Source: Geosiphon pyriformis uo1 (Eukaryota > Fungi > Glomeromycota). Taken from it: a stretch of 64,000 nt of DNA. A model generated the notes under the pieces. That model ran no database searches, was not told where the DNA came from, and was given only the letters and a program-made list of their open reading frames with translations. A program made the translations under genes and the position numbers. Location of the stretch: assembly GCA_016748015.1 (NCBI GenBank), contig JAAOMT010000512.1, positions 186,001 through 250,000 of the forward strand. Reading direction: 5' to 3'. Numbering within the stretch: the first letter of the stretch is position 1; the number at the start of each line of letters is the position of its first letter. Below, piece after piece: positions 53,267-64,000 of the stretch.

Positions 53267-54240
53267 TGTTACCAGAGGTTTTTGGTCTTTTTTTTTGAAT
53301 GTTGTAAATGTTTGTTGGTTGCAAATTCACGTTTTCTAGAAGTAGTTGAACCTTCAATAACTGAATTTATCTTCAAATTATCTCCTATAATTTGAATTGC
53401 TAGGCTTATAAGTGAAATGGCCAATTCCTTGCCAGTTACTTTATGTAGTTACATTGTAGTAAACATTAACTCTTTCCCAGGAATTGCTTATCTGGAAGCT
53501 TACTAAAAATGTGTAGTTACTTTGCTGTGAAAGTCAACTCTTCTACAGGAATCTTGTCTGTAGGCTATCCTAATAATTGTAATAAGAAAAGAAAAGAAAA
53601 ATAAAAGAAATGTAAAAGAAATAGAATTTTATCAAGGGAAACGTTTTCTATCCAGGCCTGGAGTTACTAACAGTTTATTGAAATTGGTAGCTAATCAATT
53701 TCAAAATGTTAGTTTGTGTTGAGGGAATTTCAAGTGTAATAATTTAAGAATTTGGTTTTCAAATATTTAATTTTTATTTGATTTTGTAAAAAGCTGATTT
53801 GTTTTAATTAAGATATTTAAAGTAAGATATTATGGTAAGGTACTATGAGAAGATACATTTCCTTAAAGAGAAAAGCTTTTCTTTTATACAACTTGTTGTA
53901 ATACTAGTCTTTGAACTTGCACTTTTCTCTTTGCTACAATTTGGGTGAACTAAAGATATATTTTGGCGAATTTACAAGTTATTTCACTGAACTATTGATT
54001 ATTTCGGCAAATTTTTATTAATTTTGACAAATTTTGATTATGTTAAAAGGTTCAGGGTATTGTGTAATTTGATCATCTTAATTTTTAGAGTACAAATCAG
54101 ATTATTGATTGAGTAATGATATTTGATAATTTGATTAAATAATAAGTGATAATCGAATTAATAATAATGTATGCTAATTAATAATAGGAATTATAAGGGT
54201 AATTTCATGCTAATTAATAGCTAAAATTCTATTGGTAATA
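53267..54240 (-). mobile_element. Solo LTR, family-1 variant
   Basis: Homologous to family-1 LTRs; TSD ctgc/ctat; removal restores NRFAALEHSL in LINE4 ORF1. Confidence 0.92.
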
Positions 54241-55139
54241 CTATTCTTGAACATAGTCTTGTCAGCTTCACAGAACATGTTGAGAAGTTGGCTAAGAAGT
54301 TGAATACATCTGAGTCAATAGTTTTCCAGTCTAGCCCTGGATATCAGCTATTGGTGACCCCTTCATCACAGAATTTAAGAGCGGATATAGTAATAAGTGA
54401 GGGTTAAGGTGTGGCCACTAGTAATGAAACTATTGTGGAAGCAGTGGTTTTTAATCTTTCAGTTATCTCAAAAATGGAAAAAACTTTGAGCAATTTATCA
54501 ATCATAGTTATGGGTCTTTTGGCCAAAATAGACAATACTAATATGGTTCTTGTCATTCATTCTTTTCAATAATAGATCTAGCTTAGAAAATTGCCACATG
54601 CAATATCAGAGGTATGAACAATTCTGCAAAACAAGAGGACATTGTGCATTGGCATATAAAGTCTAGCAACATAATTTCTATTCTTACTAAAACTAAGTTG
54701 AGGTTGAATATTGGGCCATGGGTTAAGAACAAGTTTAAGGGAGTTAGAATTTTTGTTTCTGGTCTGGTAGAGGGATTTTTTGGTATAGATATAACTATTG
54801 TAATGAATAATTTACTGGCTTAATATGTTTTAAAGATTGAAAAAATTCTTGGCTGGATTGTTTCTGTTCATTTGTTGTTTAAAAATAAGCTTTCAATAAT
54901 GTTTCTGGGCTTGTATGCTGGTGTTTTGGCCAAAACAAGATTTGTTTAAGCTTTTACCATCAACTTACTTATTTCCAAGACTATAAATATGAGTTTGTTC
55001 ATGGTTCTTGATGATGACTTCAATGAAGATAGGGCTAAGAAGTGTGCTAGTTTCAAGAAATGTTCAGATCTAAGTTTAGTTAATACATTAAGTGGATTTT
55101 TTTTGAGTAAGTTTAGTACTTGGAGCAATTTTTGAGGAG

Positions 55140-56132
55140 TGTTACCAGTAGAATTTTAGTTATTAATTAGCATGAAATTATTCTTATAATTCCTATCAGT
55201 AATTAACATATTAATATCAATCCAAATTATCACTTATTATTTAATCAATTTATCACATATCACGATTCAATTAATAATTTAATTAGTACAACAAAAAGTA
55301 AGATGATCAAATTACACAATACTCTGAACTTTGTAACATTCTAAAATTCGCCGAAATTTACAGAAATTCACCGAAATTTATATGAAATTCGCCGAAATTA
55401 TGAATAGTTCATCCAAATTAATCAATAGTTCAGCGAAATAACTTGTAGTTCATTAAAATGTATCTTTAGTTTGCCGAAATTTGAGCAAAGAGAAAAAGTG
55501 CAAATTTATAGACTAGTACTATAACAAGTTGTATAAAAGAAGAGCTTTTTTCTTTAAAAAAATGTATCTTACTTTAGATTTATTACTTAGGACCATTTCT
55601 ACACACAAAAAAGAAATAAATATCAAATAAATCAAAAAAAAACCAAATTCTTTAATCATTGCACTTGGAAAATCTCCAAAACCCAATTAACATCTTGAAA
55701 TTGATTAGCTACCAATTTCAGTAAACTGTTAGTGACTCTAGGTCTGAATAGAAAACGTTTCCCTTGATAAAATCCTATTTCTTTTACATTTCTTTTATTT
55801 TTCTTTTCTTTTCTTATTACAATTATTAGGGTAGTCTACAAATGAGATTCCTATAGAAGAGTTGACTTTCACAGCAAAGTAACTACACATTTTTAGTAAG
55901 CTTCTAGATGAGCAATTCCTGGGAAAAAGTTGACATTTACTACAATGTAACTACATAAAGTAACTGGCAAGGAATTGGCCATTCCACTTATAAGCCCAGC
56001 AGTTCAAATTATAGGAGATAATTTGAAGATAAATTCAGTTATTGGAGGTTCAACTACTTCTAAAAAACGTGAATTTGCAACCAACAGACAGTTACAACAT
56101 TCAAAAAAAGAGACCAAAAACCTCCAGTAACA
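55140..56132 (+). mobile_element. Solo LTR, family-1 variant
   Basis: TGTTACCAG...CCAGTAACA; TSD ggag/gagg; removal restores WSN..GAKKVIDY in LINE4 ORF2. Confidence 0.92.
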
Positions 56133-57150
56133 GAGGCTAAGAAAGTTATTGACTATATCTTTGTAAATAAGAATCTAGTTTCAGTTGTTGTTGGATGCAA
56201 TGTCATCTCAGTGTTTGATTTTTTTAATACTGATCATAATATGATTGGAATCTCAGTAGGATTAGAGGGTTTGGTAGATGTTTATTTGAACAGTTCTTGT
56301 AAACAGGCTAATAAAGACCAATGGAAGTTTAAGATCAAAAATGCAAATACAGCCAAGTGGATGCATTTCAAGGAGTTTTCTTTGGCTAAGTTGGCTATGT
56401 TATTGGACTTTTTTTTGGTTGCAAAAGAGAAAGTGAATCTGGATAGAATGTGAGAGGTATTGAAAAGTACAATGTGTGATTTGGCTAATGAAATATTTTC
56501 CAAACATTGGTTCTGTGAATTTGAATGTCTAAAAAGCAAACAGTCTTCAAAGTTTTTCAAATTGGAAGCTTTGATTGCTAAGATAATAAGATGTTTGAGT
56601 TTTGGTTGTGTGTCAAAATTTGACTGTCTTGTTCAGGTCTGGTCAACTCTTGATAATGCTGAGGTGTCTAAGTTTTTTGTTATGTTTTGGAGTGGTTTGA
56701 AGATGAATAAGTTGTGCAAGCATTTGTTAACAGTTAAAAAAGATTACCAGAAGTCCAAATACTATGAGGCTGAGTTTGTCAAAAATGAACACATTAAAAA
56801 TGTAATTGATAAGCATATAGAGAGTTTCAGTTCAAATAAGGGCAGAATGATTAAAAGTGTCCTGGAGGAACTATTTTGCAAAGTTGTTTTGAATCATCTG
56901 GTGATTAAGAATGAGTTGATTTTGGAATCTGAGAAAATAAGATCCCAAATTAATGAGATTATGGTGGATTGGACTCACAAAAAAAAGGTTTTTTCCATTC
57001 TGCCTAGTTTGTGGGCATGTCAATATGCTTCACTAAAGCACATAGATAATACTGCTTTCTTGGGAGTAATAAATAACATTAGTTTGGGTAAATTGTCTTT
57101 AGTGGTCAATAAGTTGCCTGACAGCAAGACCACTGGTCTTTCTGGCATAC

Positions 57151-57412
57151 TGTTACGGGTTGGAGTAACAAACTAACGGATAGCAAGGGAGAACAGTATT
57201 GTATGGTGATGGAAATAAACAAAGAAAGAATTACAATAAGGGAGCGAATTGAATAAGTAGGAATTCAATGTGCATGATCAGTCTCATAAAAATCACAGTC
57301 GCTAATTTTTTCTTAAATCTGAAAGTAGAAGAATAGTCTGTGATTGTCAACAAGATAACACCACTGCTATTATTCTATGCCTCAACTTGGCAATTTTTAG
57401 AATCAATAACAG
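57151..57412. repeat. End of a fourth LTR type, interrupted by Gypsy D
   Basis: LINE4 ORF2 stops abruptly at TGTTAC; sequence unrelated to the other LTRs; other end not in window. Confidence 0.55.
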
Positions 57413-58392
57413 TGTTACTGGAGGTTTTTGGTCTCTTTTCTGTAATGTTGTTGATACTTATTTGCTGTGAATTCACGTTTTCTGGATGTGGTTGAACCTC
57501 CAATAACTGAATTTATCTTCAAATTATCTCCTATAATTTGAACTGCTGGACTTATAAGTGGAATGGCCAATTCTTTGTCAGTTACTTTATGTAGTTATGT
57601 TGTAGTAAACGTCAACTCTTTCTCAGGAATTGCTCATCTAAAAGCTCACTAAAAATGTGTAGTTACTTTGCTGTAAAAGTCAACTCTTCTACAGAAATCT
57701 CGTCTGTAGACTATCCTAATGATTGTAATAAAAAAAGAAAAAAAAAATAAAAGAAATGTAAAAGAAATAGAATTTTGTCAAGAGAAATGTTTTCTATCCA
57801 GACCTGGAGTCACTAACAGTTTACTGAAATTGGTAGCTAATCAATTTCGAAATGTTAGTTGGGTTTTGGGAATTTTCCAAGTGCAATAATTAAAGAACTT
57901 GGTTTTTTTAAATTATTTGATATTTATTTCTTTTTGTGTATATAGGAATGGTTCTAAGTGATAAATCTAAAATAAGATACATTTTCTCGAAGAGAGAAGC
58001 TTTTCTTTTATACAACTTGTTGTAACATTATTCTATAAACTTGAACTTTGCTATTTTCTACAATTTCATTGAACTAAAGATACATTTCGGTGAACTACAA
58101 GTTATTTCGGTGAACTATTAGATATTTTGATGAACTATCAATTATTTTGGCAAATTTCTACAAATTTCAGCGAACTTCTGAATGTTACATAGTTCGGGGT
58201 ATTGCATGATTGATCATCACAATTAGGTTACATTTGTGTTGTGTACAATTTGGGTTATTAATTAAATGATAATTTTGGATATTTTTGCTAATGTAATAAG
58301 TAATCATTTGAAATGATAATATATGCTAATTAATGATAGGAATTATAAGATAATTTCATGCTAAATAATATCTCTAATTTCATCTGGTAACA
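57413..58392 (-). repeat. 3' LTR of Gypsy D (980 bp)
   Basis: TG...CA ends; homologous to family-1 LTRs. Confidence 0.95.
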
Positions 58393-59080
58393 TAACCTCC
58401 TCCTCAAGACTGAGCTCCATCGAAGTCCAAGTACTGTCTGTTATTTCCAGATAATAATTCAAAATTATTGAAGAAATTTGGTCTGAAAATTGTTGAAATT
58501 TCAGTTCTGTGAGCTTTCCAATATATTGAATCTTCAAAAGTTGAAAAATTGGGTTTTGCAGTATATTTTCACAGGTGTGGAATAGGTCATAAAGTTTAAG
58601 AGCAGCTCTGAGCTTGTAGCGACTGTTTGTTGGTCCAGCTGTTGTTTTGAATTCATTGTGGAGTTGTTTTTGAATAGCTTCTTTTGTGAGGTTTGCTGTT
58701 GTAAGTTCCAGTTTCTGTTTATAGAGTGTTTTTCCAATGTGGAAATATCTATAGATTAGAGGATATTCAGTGTTTTCTTCATTGAGACACAATTGAAGTC
58801 TTTGTTGATTTGTAGTATTTGGTAGAATACTAATTGGAGTGAGCATTAGATTTTCTCTTAAAGCAAGCTTTAAAAGTTCTGGCAGGTGAATTTTAGTGTA
58901 ACTTCTTGTTTTCTTCTTATATGGTTGATATTTTTGTGAATTTGGGGCTACATTTGTAACTACTTCTGTTTGGGTATAATTAATGTGGTTTCCAGTAACA
59001 GTAATAGATAATTCGGGTATTGTTTTTAAAGCTAACATTAGTTTTTGGGATAATTGTTGAATGTTTTGAGGAATAGTCAT
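58361..59080 (-). CDS. Gypsy D ORF3, open 239-aa protein of unknown function
   Basis: ATG at 59080 to TAG at 58361 inside the LTR; same position and sequence in copies A and C. Confidence 0.75.
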   Translation of the reverse strand: MTIPQNIQQLSQKLMLALKTIPELSITVTGNHINYTQTEVVTNVAPNSQKYQPYKKKTRSYTKIHLPELLKLALRENLMLTPISILPNTTNQQRLQLCLNEENTEYPLIYRYFHIGKTLYKQKLELTTANLTKEAIQKQLHNEFKTTAGPTNSRYKLRAALKLYDLFHTCENILQNPIFQLLKIQYIGKLTELKFQQFSDQISSIILNYYLEITDSTWTSMELSLEEEVMLPDEIRDII

Positions 59081-59201
59081 TATAAGCAATTGAAAAAACC
59101 AAAAAAAAAATTATTTTTGGTGTATGGGTTTTTATGTTATTTTTGTTTTGTTTTTGTGAGATTGTTTTCTAAATTATAAGAAAATAACTAGTAAAATTAA
59201 A

Positions 59202-60587
59202 TTAAGTGTTCAGATTGAAAGGTTGTTCAATGACAACTATTGGTTCTAAGTTTCAGGGAATATTTTTGGAACTGACCAAAGGGGAATGTGTACCAATTTG
59301 TGGAATTAATGGTTCAAGATTGTTTCTGGAATAATAGTGTTTCAAACAATCTCCATGTGCAACTTTTGCTAGGATTTTGTCATCAAGTTTTAGCTTGTAT
59401 GATCCGTTGCCTAGGACTTCATGGATAAAAAATGGTCCATCCCATTTATTTTCAAATTTTCCACTCCATTGTTTTTCAGCTTTAATTCTGTGTAAGAGAA
59501 CTTTGTTTCCAATTTTAAATTCATTGGTGACTGAAGGCAATTTGTCATCATGCCGTTCTTTTTGTTGAGCTTGGAAGTGTTCAATATGGGTGGCTGCTAT
59601 TTGTCGTTTTCCTTCCAATGTGCTAAGCAGAGTGTAGGCTCTTCGCTGAAGTGTTTCTTGGAAATTGTTTTCATCAATCAGTTGTGCTGAGTATGTTTCT
59701 ACTATAAAACTAATTGGTAACGTTGCTGTCCTTCCATAAGTTAAATCAAATGGTGTGTGTTTCATGGTATCTTGTTTTAATGTCCTATATACTAGTAACA
59801 CTAATGGAATAAAGAGATCCCATTCTTGCTTGAAATCGGTTGAGACTTTGGCTAATGACTCACACAATGTTCTGTTAAAACATTCCACAAGTCCGTTTGT
59901 TTATGGATGGTAGGGTGAAGACAGAGATCTTTTAACATTGAATCGTTCGCAAATTTCTTGTATCAGGTTGTTCACAAAGTGTGTTCCCTAATCGGATAAA
60001 AGTTCAATTGGACATCCGTGTCTACAAATGATGTCTTCGTAGATAAAATTTGCTATTGATTTTGCATCTGCTCATTGAATGGCTCTGGCTTCAGGCCATT
60101 TAGTAAGATAGTCTACAGCTACTGCAATATAATGGTTTCCTTGAGTGGTGATAGATAGTGGTCCGACTAAATTGATACCAACACTGTTAAAAGGCTGTCC
60201 AACTTTAATTGGATTTAAAGGTTCTGTAGGGCAAGTTCTTCCTCTTCTTTGACAACTATCACAAGATTCGACATATTTGTGAATGTCTTTTCTCATTCGA
60301 GGCCAAAAGTAGTATTCTAGTGTTCTTTGGGTGGTGCTATCTTTTTTGAAGTGTGCTGATGAAGGATCCAAGTACATGTTGTATAAAATGGTCTCTTTTT
60401 CCAGTTCTTGTATTAATCTGAGTGGTTTGGTTGGGTTTTTGAAATTTCGATGATAGATAATGTTGTTGTGTAGAAAATATTGTTTGGCTTGTTGTTGTAA
60501 CCTATGTTTTACATCTAGGGACCAATCTGTTGGAATTGTTAATGTCTCCAAATATTGTTTAAGATTGTTGTAGTTTTCGGGGTTCAT
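59202..60587 (-). pseudogene. Gypsy D integrase ORF with own ATG; premature stops
   Basis: MNPENYN, CDSC, YLTKWPEA, WDGPF. Confidence 0.9.
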
Positions 60588-60636
60588 TGTTTGTTGTTTT
60601 GATGCTGTTAATTCAAATGGGTGTTGGTTTTGTTTT

Positions 60637-63600
60637 CTAATTTTGCCTCATTCTTGAGAGACAATCAACATTGGTGTGAAGTTTTCTTGGTTTGTGGTGT
60701 ACAATGTATTGGTAATTAGCTAAAAATCCTGTCCATCGGGTTTGTTTTGCATTCAGCTGGGTGTTTTTGTTTTAAAGCCATTTAAGTCCAATATTATCAA
60801 TGATAATATCAAATTCTTTGGGTCTGAGGTAAAGGTTGAAGTGATGTAGGGCCCAGATTACTGCTGCGGTTTCTAATTCTGTTGCGGGGTAGTTTTTCTC
60901 AGCTGGTTTTAATGTTCTGCTAGCATAAGCAATTACTTGCTCATTTCCATTGTCATCTAACTGTGATAGGATGGCACCAAAGGCAGTATAAGAGGCATCA
61001 GTTGCTAACCGGAATTGGTTGCTGAAATCTGGGTAGGCGAGGATTGGAGCTGTTGTGAGTTTTTCCTTAAGTATCTCAAAGACATTTTGGTGTTCTTCTG
61101 TCTATTTGTATTCGATATTTTTAGTAGTAAGCTGGTTGAGGGGTTTTGCAATTTCTGAGAATTCTTTGATGAATTTTCGGTAATAGGATGCTAATCCAAT
61201 AAATCCTCTTAATTCTGTGGTATTTCGTGGAGTCTTGAAGTTCTTGACAGTACTGATTTTTCCAGGGTCTGGTTTAATTCCATCTTTGCTAACAATGTGA
61301 CCAAAAAAAGCTAAACTTGTTTTTCCAAAGTAGCATTTTTCAATGTTCAGTTTCAATCCTGCTTTCTGTAATCATTGAAAAACTTCTCACAGGTGAATTA
61401 AATGTAGCTCAAAAGATGGTGAATAAACATCAGTGTTATCAAGATAAACTACTACTGATTTCCAAAGGAGACCTTTGTAAACAACATCCATGAGTCTTTG
61501 GAATGTTGCTGGTACATTGCATAATCCAAAAGACATTACATTGAACTCATAATTTCCTCCTTGAGTGGTGAATGCTGTTTTGGGGCGGTCTTTGGGATCC
61601 ATAGCAACTTGCCAGTATTCACTCTCTAAATCTAATGTCGAAAAGTATTTGGACTTTCCAAGAGCATCCAACATGTCATCAATTCGGGGAAGAGGGTNNN
61701 NNNNNNNNNNNNNNNNNNNNNNNNNNNNNNNNNNNNNNNNNNNNNNNNNNNNNNNNNNNNNNNNNNNNNNNNNNNNNNNNNNNNNNNNNNNNNNNNNNNN
61801 NNNNNNNNNNNNNNNNNNNNNNNNNNNNNNNNNNNNNNNNNNNNNNNNNNNNNNNNNNNNNNNNNNNNNNNNNNNNNNNNNNNNNNNNNNNNNNNNNNNN
61901 NNNNNNNNNNNNNNNNNNNNNNNNNNNNNNNNNNNNNNNNNNNNNNNNNNNNNNNNNNNNNNNNNNNNNNNNNNNNNNNNNNNNNNNNNNNNNNNNNNNN
62001 NNNNNNNNNNNNNNNNNNNNNNNNNNNNNNNNNNNNNNNNNNNNNGCAGACTTGTTTATTGGACTCAAAAATTTGTTGTGTGGTTGTTGGCTTTGTGCAA
62101 GTGTAGATTTCCGGATGTTCTCCAAAGGGTGAGATGGTAATTGGTTGTGGAAGTCTGAGAATCTGGTGGGATTTGTTTTGTGTGTTAAGAGCTATATTAA
62201 CTGGAACTGTGAATCGTCCAGTTGAACCAAAACCTTGGGTTCTTCTATTGCTCTTTCCTAATTGCTCTCTTTGATTGACTAGTTGCAAACCCGAAATGTT
62301 GATTAGGGGTAGGTAGATAGCTTGGGCAATTTTTTCAGCATGTTCAATCTTGAATGGTTTGTCAGTTTTATTTTGAAGCATTACTGTTATGTCTTCAGTA
62401 TATCCAGCATCAATTATTCCTCCTCTGACATTAATTCCTTTGCTTGCCAGAGAGGACCAAGAGGCAATTTGAACCATTGCTCCTGGCGGAATTTTGAATG
62501 CAATTTTGAGATTAATTTTTGTGAGAGATTTGGGTTTGAGAACAAGAGTATCCTTGTCTAGATATCTTAGGTCATATCCAGCATCAATTTCATGTGCTTT
62601 TTCTGGTTTTATTCCTTGTCCGTTGTTGTTGAAGTATTTAAGTTGTAAGGCAGGCTGATTTTCAATAAGATAGATGGGTGTTGTTTCAATTTCTTCCGTT
62701 TCTTCAGGTTCTCCAAATTCAATTTCATTCTTATCATTTTCGCTGGGCAAGGGGATACTAAGAGCATAGCATTCAGGACACCATTGTTCATCACAAGGCA
62801 TAATGCATTCTTCACATAGCCTAATGTTTATTTGCTCTAATTGTTGAATTTGAGCTTCTTGGGTCAGGTAGGTGTAACTTGCAATTTGGTGGTAGACTTC
62901 TACTTTATCTTCGTAATCGAATCCAGCTAATTCTATGGTGTATTCAATGTATTCTGCTTTTTTCATTTGACAAACATCTTCTTTAGTAGCTCTATTAATT
63001 AATGCCATTGCTAAGTCGAAAATCATCTCGGCATCATGAGAGTAGTAATAAAGTTTGTTGAGAGCACTGTTGTATGCTGCATTAAAGGGTGTTCCTCTTT
63101 TTACTTTTTCTGAAATTGATAAAGCATATTGGCAGGTCTGATTGCAGACACCTCCTCTTATTGCTACATCAATCCAATTGCATTCTTCTGGTAGCATATC
63201 TCCACAAGTCAAACAAGGGGTGTTGTCCCATTTTCTACTCCTTTTTATTAGATGGCCCCATCGCTCTCTGTGGTAAGCCTTGCAGTAATAACAAGTATGA
63301 TTCTCATATTCTTCTTCAAGTGAAATGCAGGCTCCCATTAATGATAGTTTCTTGTGGCAGTTTTTACATTTAAGAAGAATATAAGGGCATTGTTTTCTTG
63401 GTTTGGGTTTTGAGTAAAGTATATTCCATTCAGAGGTTTCAGGTTTAGTGTGTGGGGTAAAATGTTCTTGTTCTGTTTCATTGGCCCAGTTGGATATTGA
63501 TTCAAGAGCCATGAATGTTTCGAGTATTGGTTTTTCTTCTTCTGATTCAAATTCAAAAGCCGGGGCTTTTTCAGAGCATTTGTTGAATGTACCACAAATG

Positions 63601-64000
63601 GCAGGTACTCGGGCGTGTTGTCCTTGGTAGGAGATTGTTAACTCTTGTGTTTCCCAATTTAAATTAGCATTGGCTTTTTGAGGCCAATCATTTCTGACGA
63701 AAGCTTAGTACTGGGGTGTATCCATTATAAGAACTTTGACTGGAATGGTGATTCCATCAAGAGTGAATGGAAAATTGTCAATTTCTCCTACTGGGGTCTT
63801 TTTCATGTCATTGGCAGTGACGATTACTGTTTGAGCTGGTCGGTCAACATTTTTTTTCAACTGTTGCATTAACTGGTAAGTAATAATGCTTCCAGTGGAT
63901 CTACTGTTTAGAATTAAGCGAATTGGCTTTCTTTCTACTTCAGCTTCTGTGTATATTGCAGTGATGGCTTTTTGCTCATTAGCTGCTGCATTGCTAAGCA
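60637..64000 (-). pseudogene. Gypsy D ORF1 part: PR, Cys-rich insert, dUTPase (62218-62615), RT, RNase H
   Basis: ORF 61632-63512 reads from the Cys-rich insert through DAGYDL, GIIDAGY and GFGSTG; RT pieces follow the N gap. Confidence 0.9.

Larger units (their letters stand above)
51655..57150 (+). mobile_element. LINE4 (5' end like LINE1): ORF1 and APE part of ORF2, interrupted by two solo LTRs and then by an LTR at 57151
   Basis: Leader ..ccaaattcc.aaaaa..agtcaaaa shared with LINE1; STPSKF.GII, ATCNIRG, IDYI, NTDH; start approximate. Confidence 0.85.
57413..64000 (-). mobile_element. Ty3/Gypsy element D (family 1), 5' part beyond window
   Basis: 3' LTR 57413-58392, PPT, ORF3, integrase, RH-RT, dUTPase, Cys-rich insert, protease (LILNS.S ~63900). 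Confidence 0.96.

Noticed and set aside
55345-55481. Repeat-spacer array superficially like CRISPR
   Set aside because: Repeats are 12 bp, spacers are 8-9 bp and related to each other, the array lies inside a eukaryotic LTR, and there are no cas genes.
58361-59080. ORF3 as an env gene
   Set aside because: No signal peptide, furin site/fusion peptide or transmembrane anchor is visible.

Overview
Eukaryotic, very AT-rich and almost entirely transposable elements. The short introns and TE protein families suggest a Glomeromycotina-type fungus, possibly Geosiphon-like; this is an inference. There is one host gene, a 17-exon cullin-4 (13551-17162, minus, 809 aa). The rest is a nested stack of RNase H-bearing LINEs (four recognisable copies plus an older relic) and Ty3/Gypsy LTR retrotransposons with four LTR types. 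Most insertions resolve to the base through target-site duplications (TSDs). The dominant Gypsy family has one complete copy (25507-35331), two partial copies and two solo LTRs. Its organisation is unusual and resembles a complex retrovirus. ORF1 is Gag-PR-Cys-rich insert-dUTPase-RT-RNase H and ends at a conserved stop. Integrase is a separate ORF with its own ATG. A third ~239-aa ORF of unknown function runs through the polypurine tract (PPT) into the 3' LTR, whose U3 carries 5-7 palindromic TTCG-C-CGAA boxes at 20-21 bp spacing upstream of the TATA box. An older, diverged Gypsy family here shows the same split integrase and ORF3 but a different LTR repeat. The TE copies carry heavy C>T/G>A damage in many contexts (RIP-like), while the cullin reading frame is intact.
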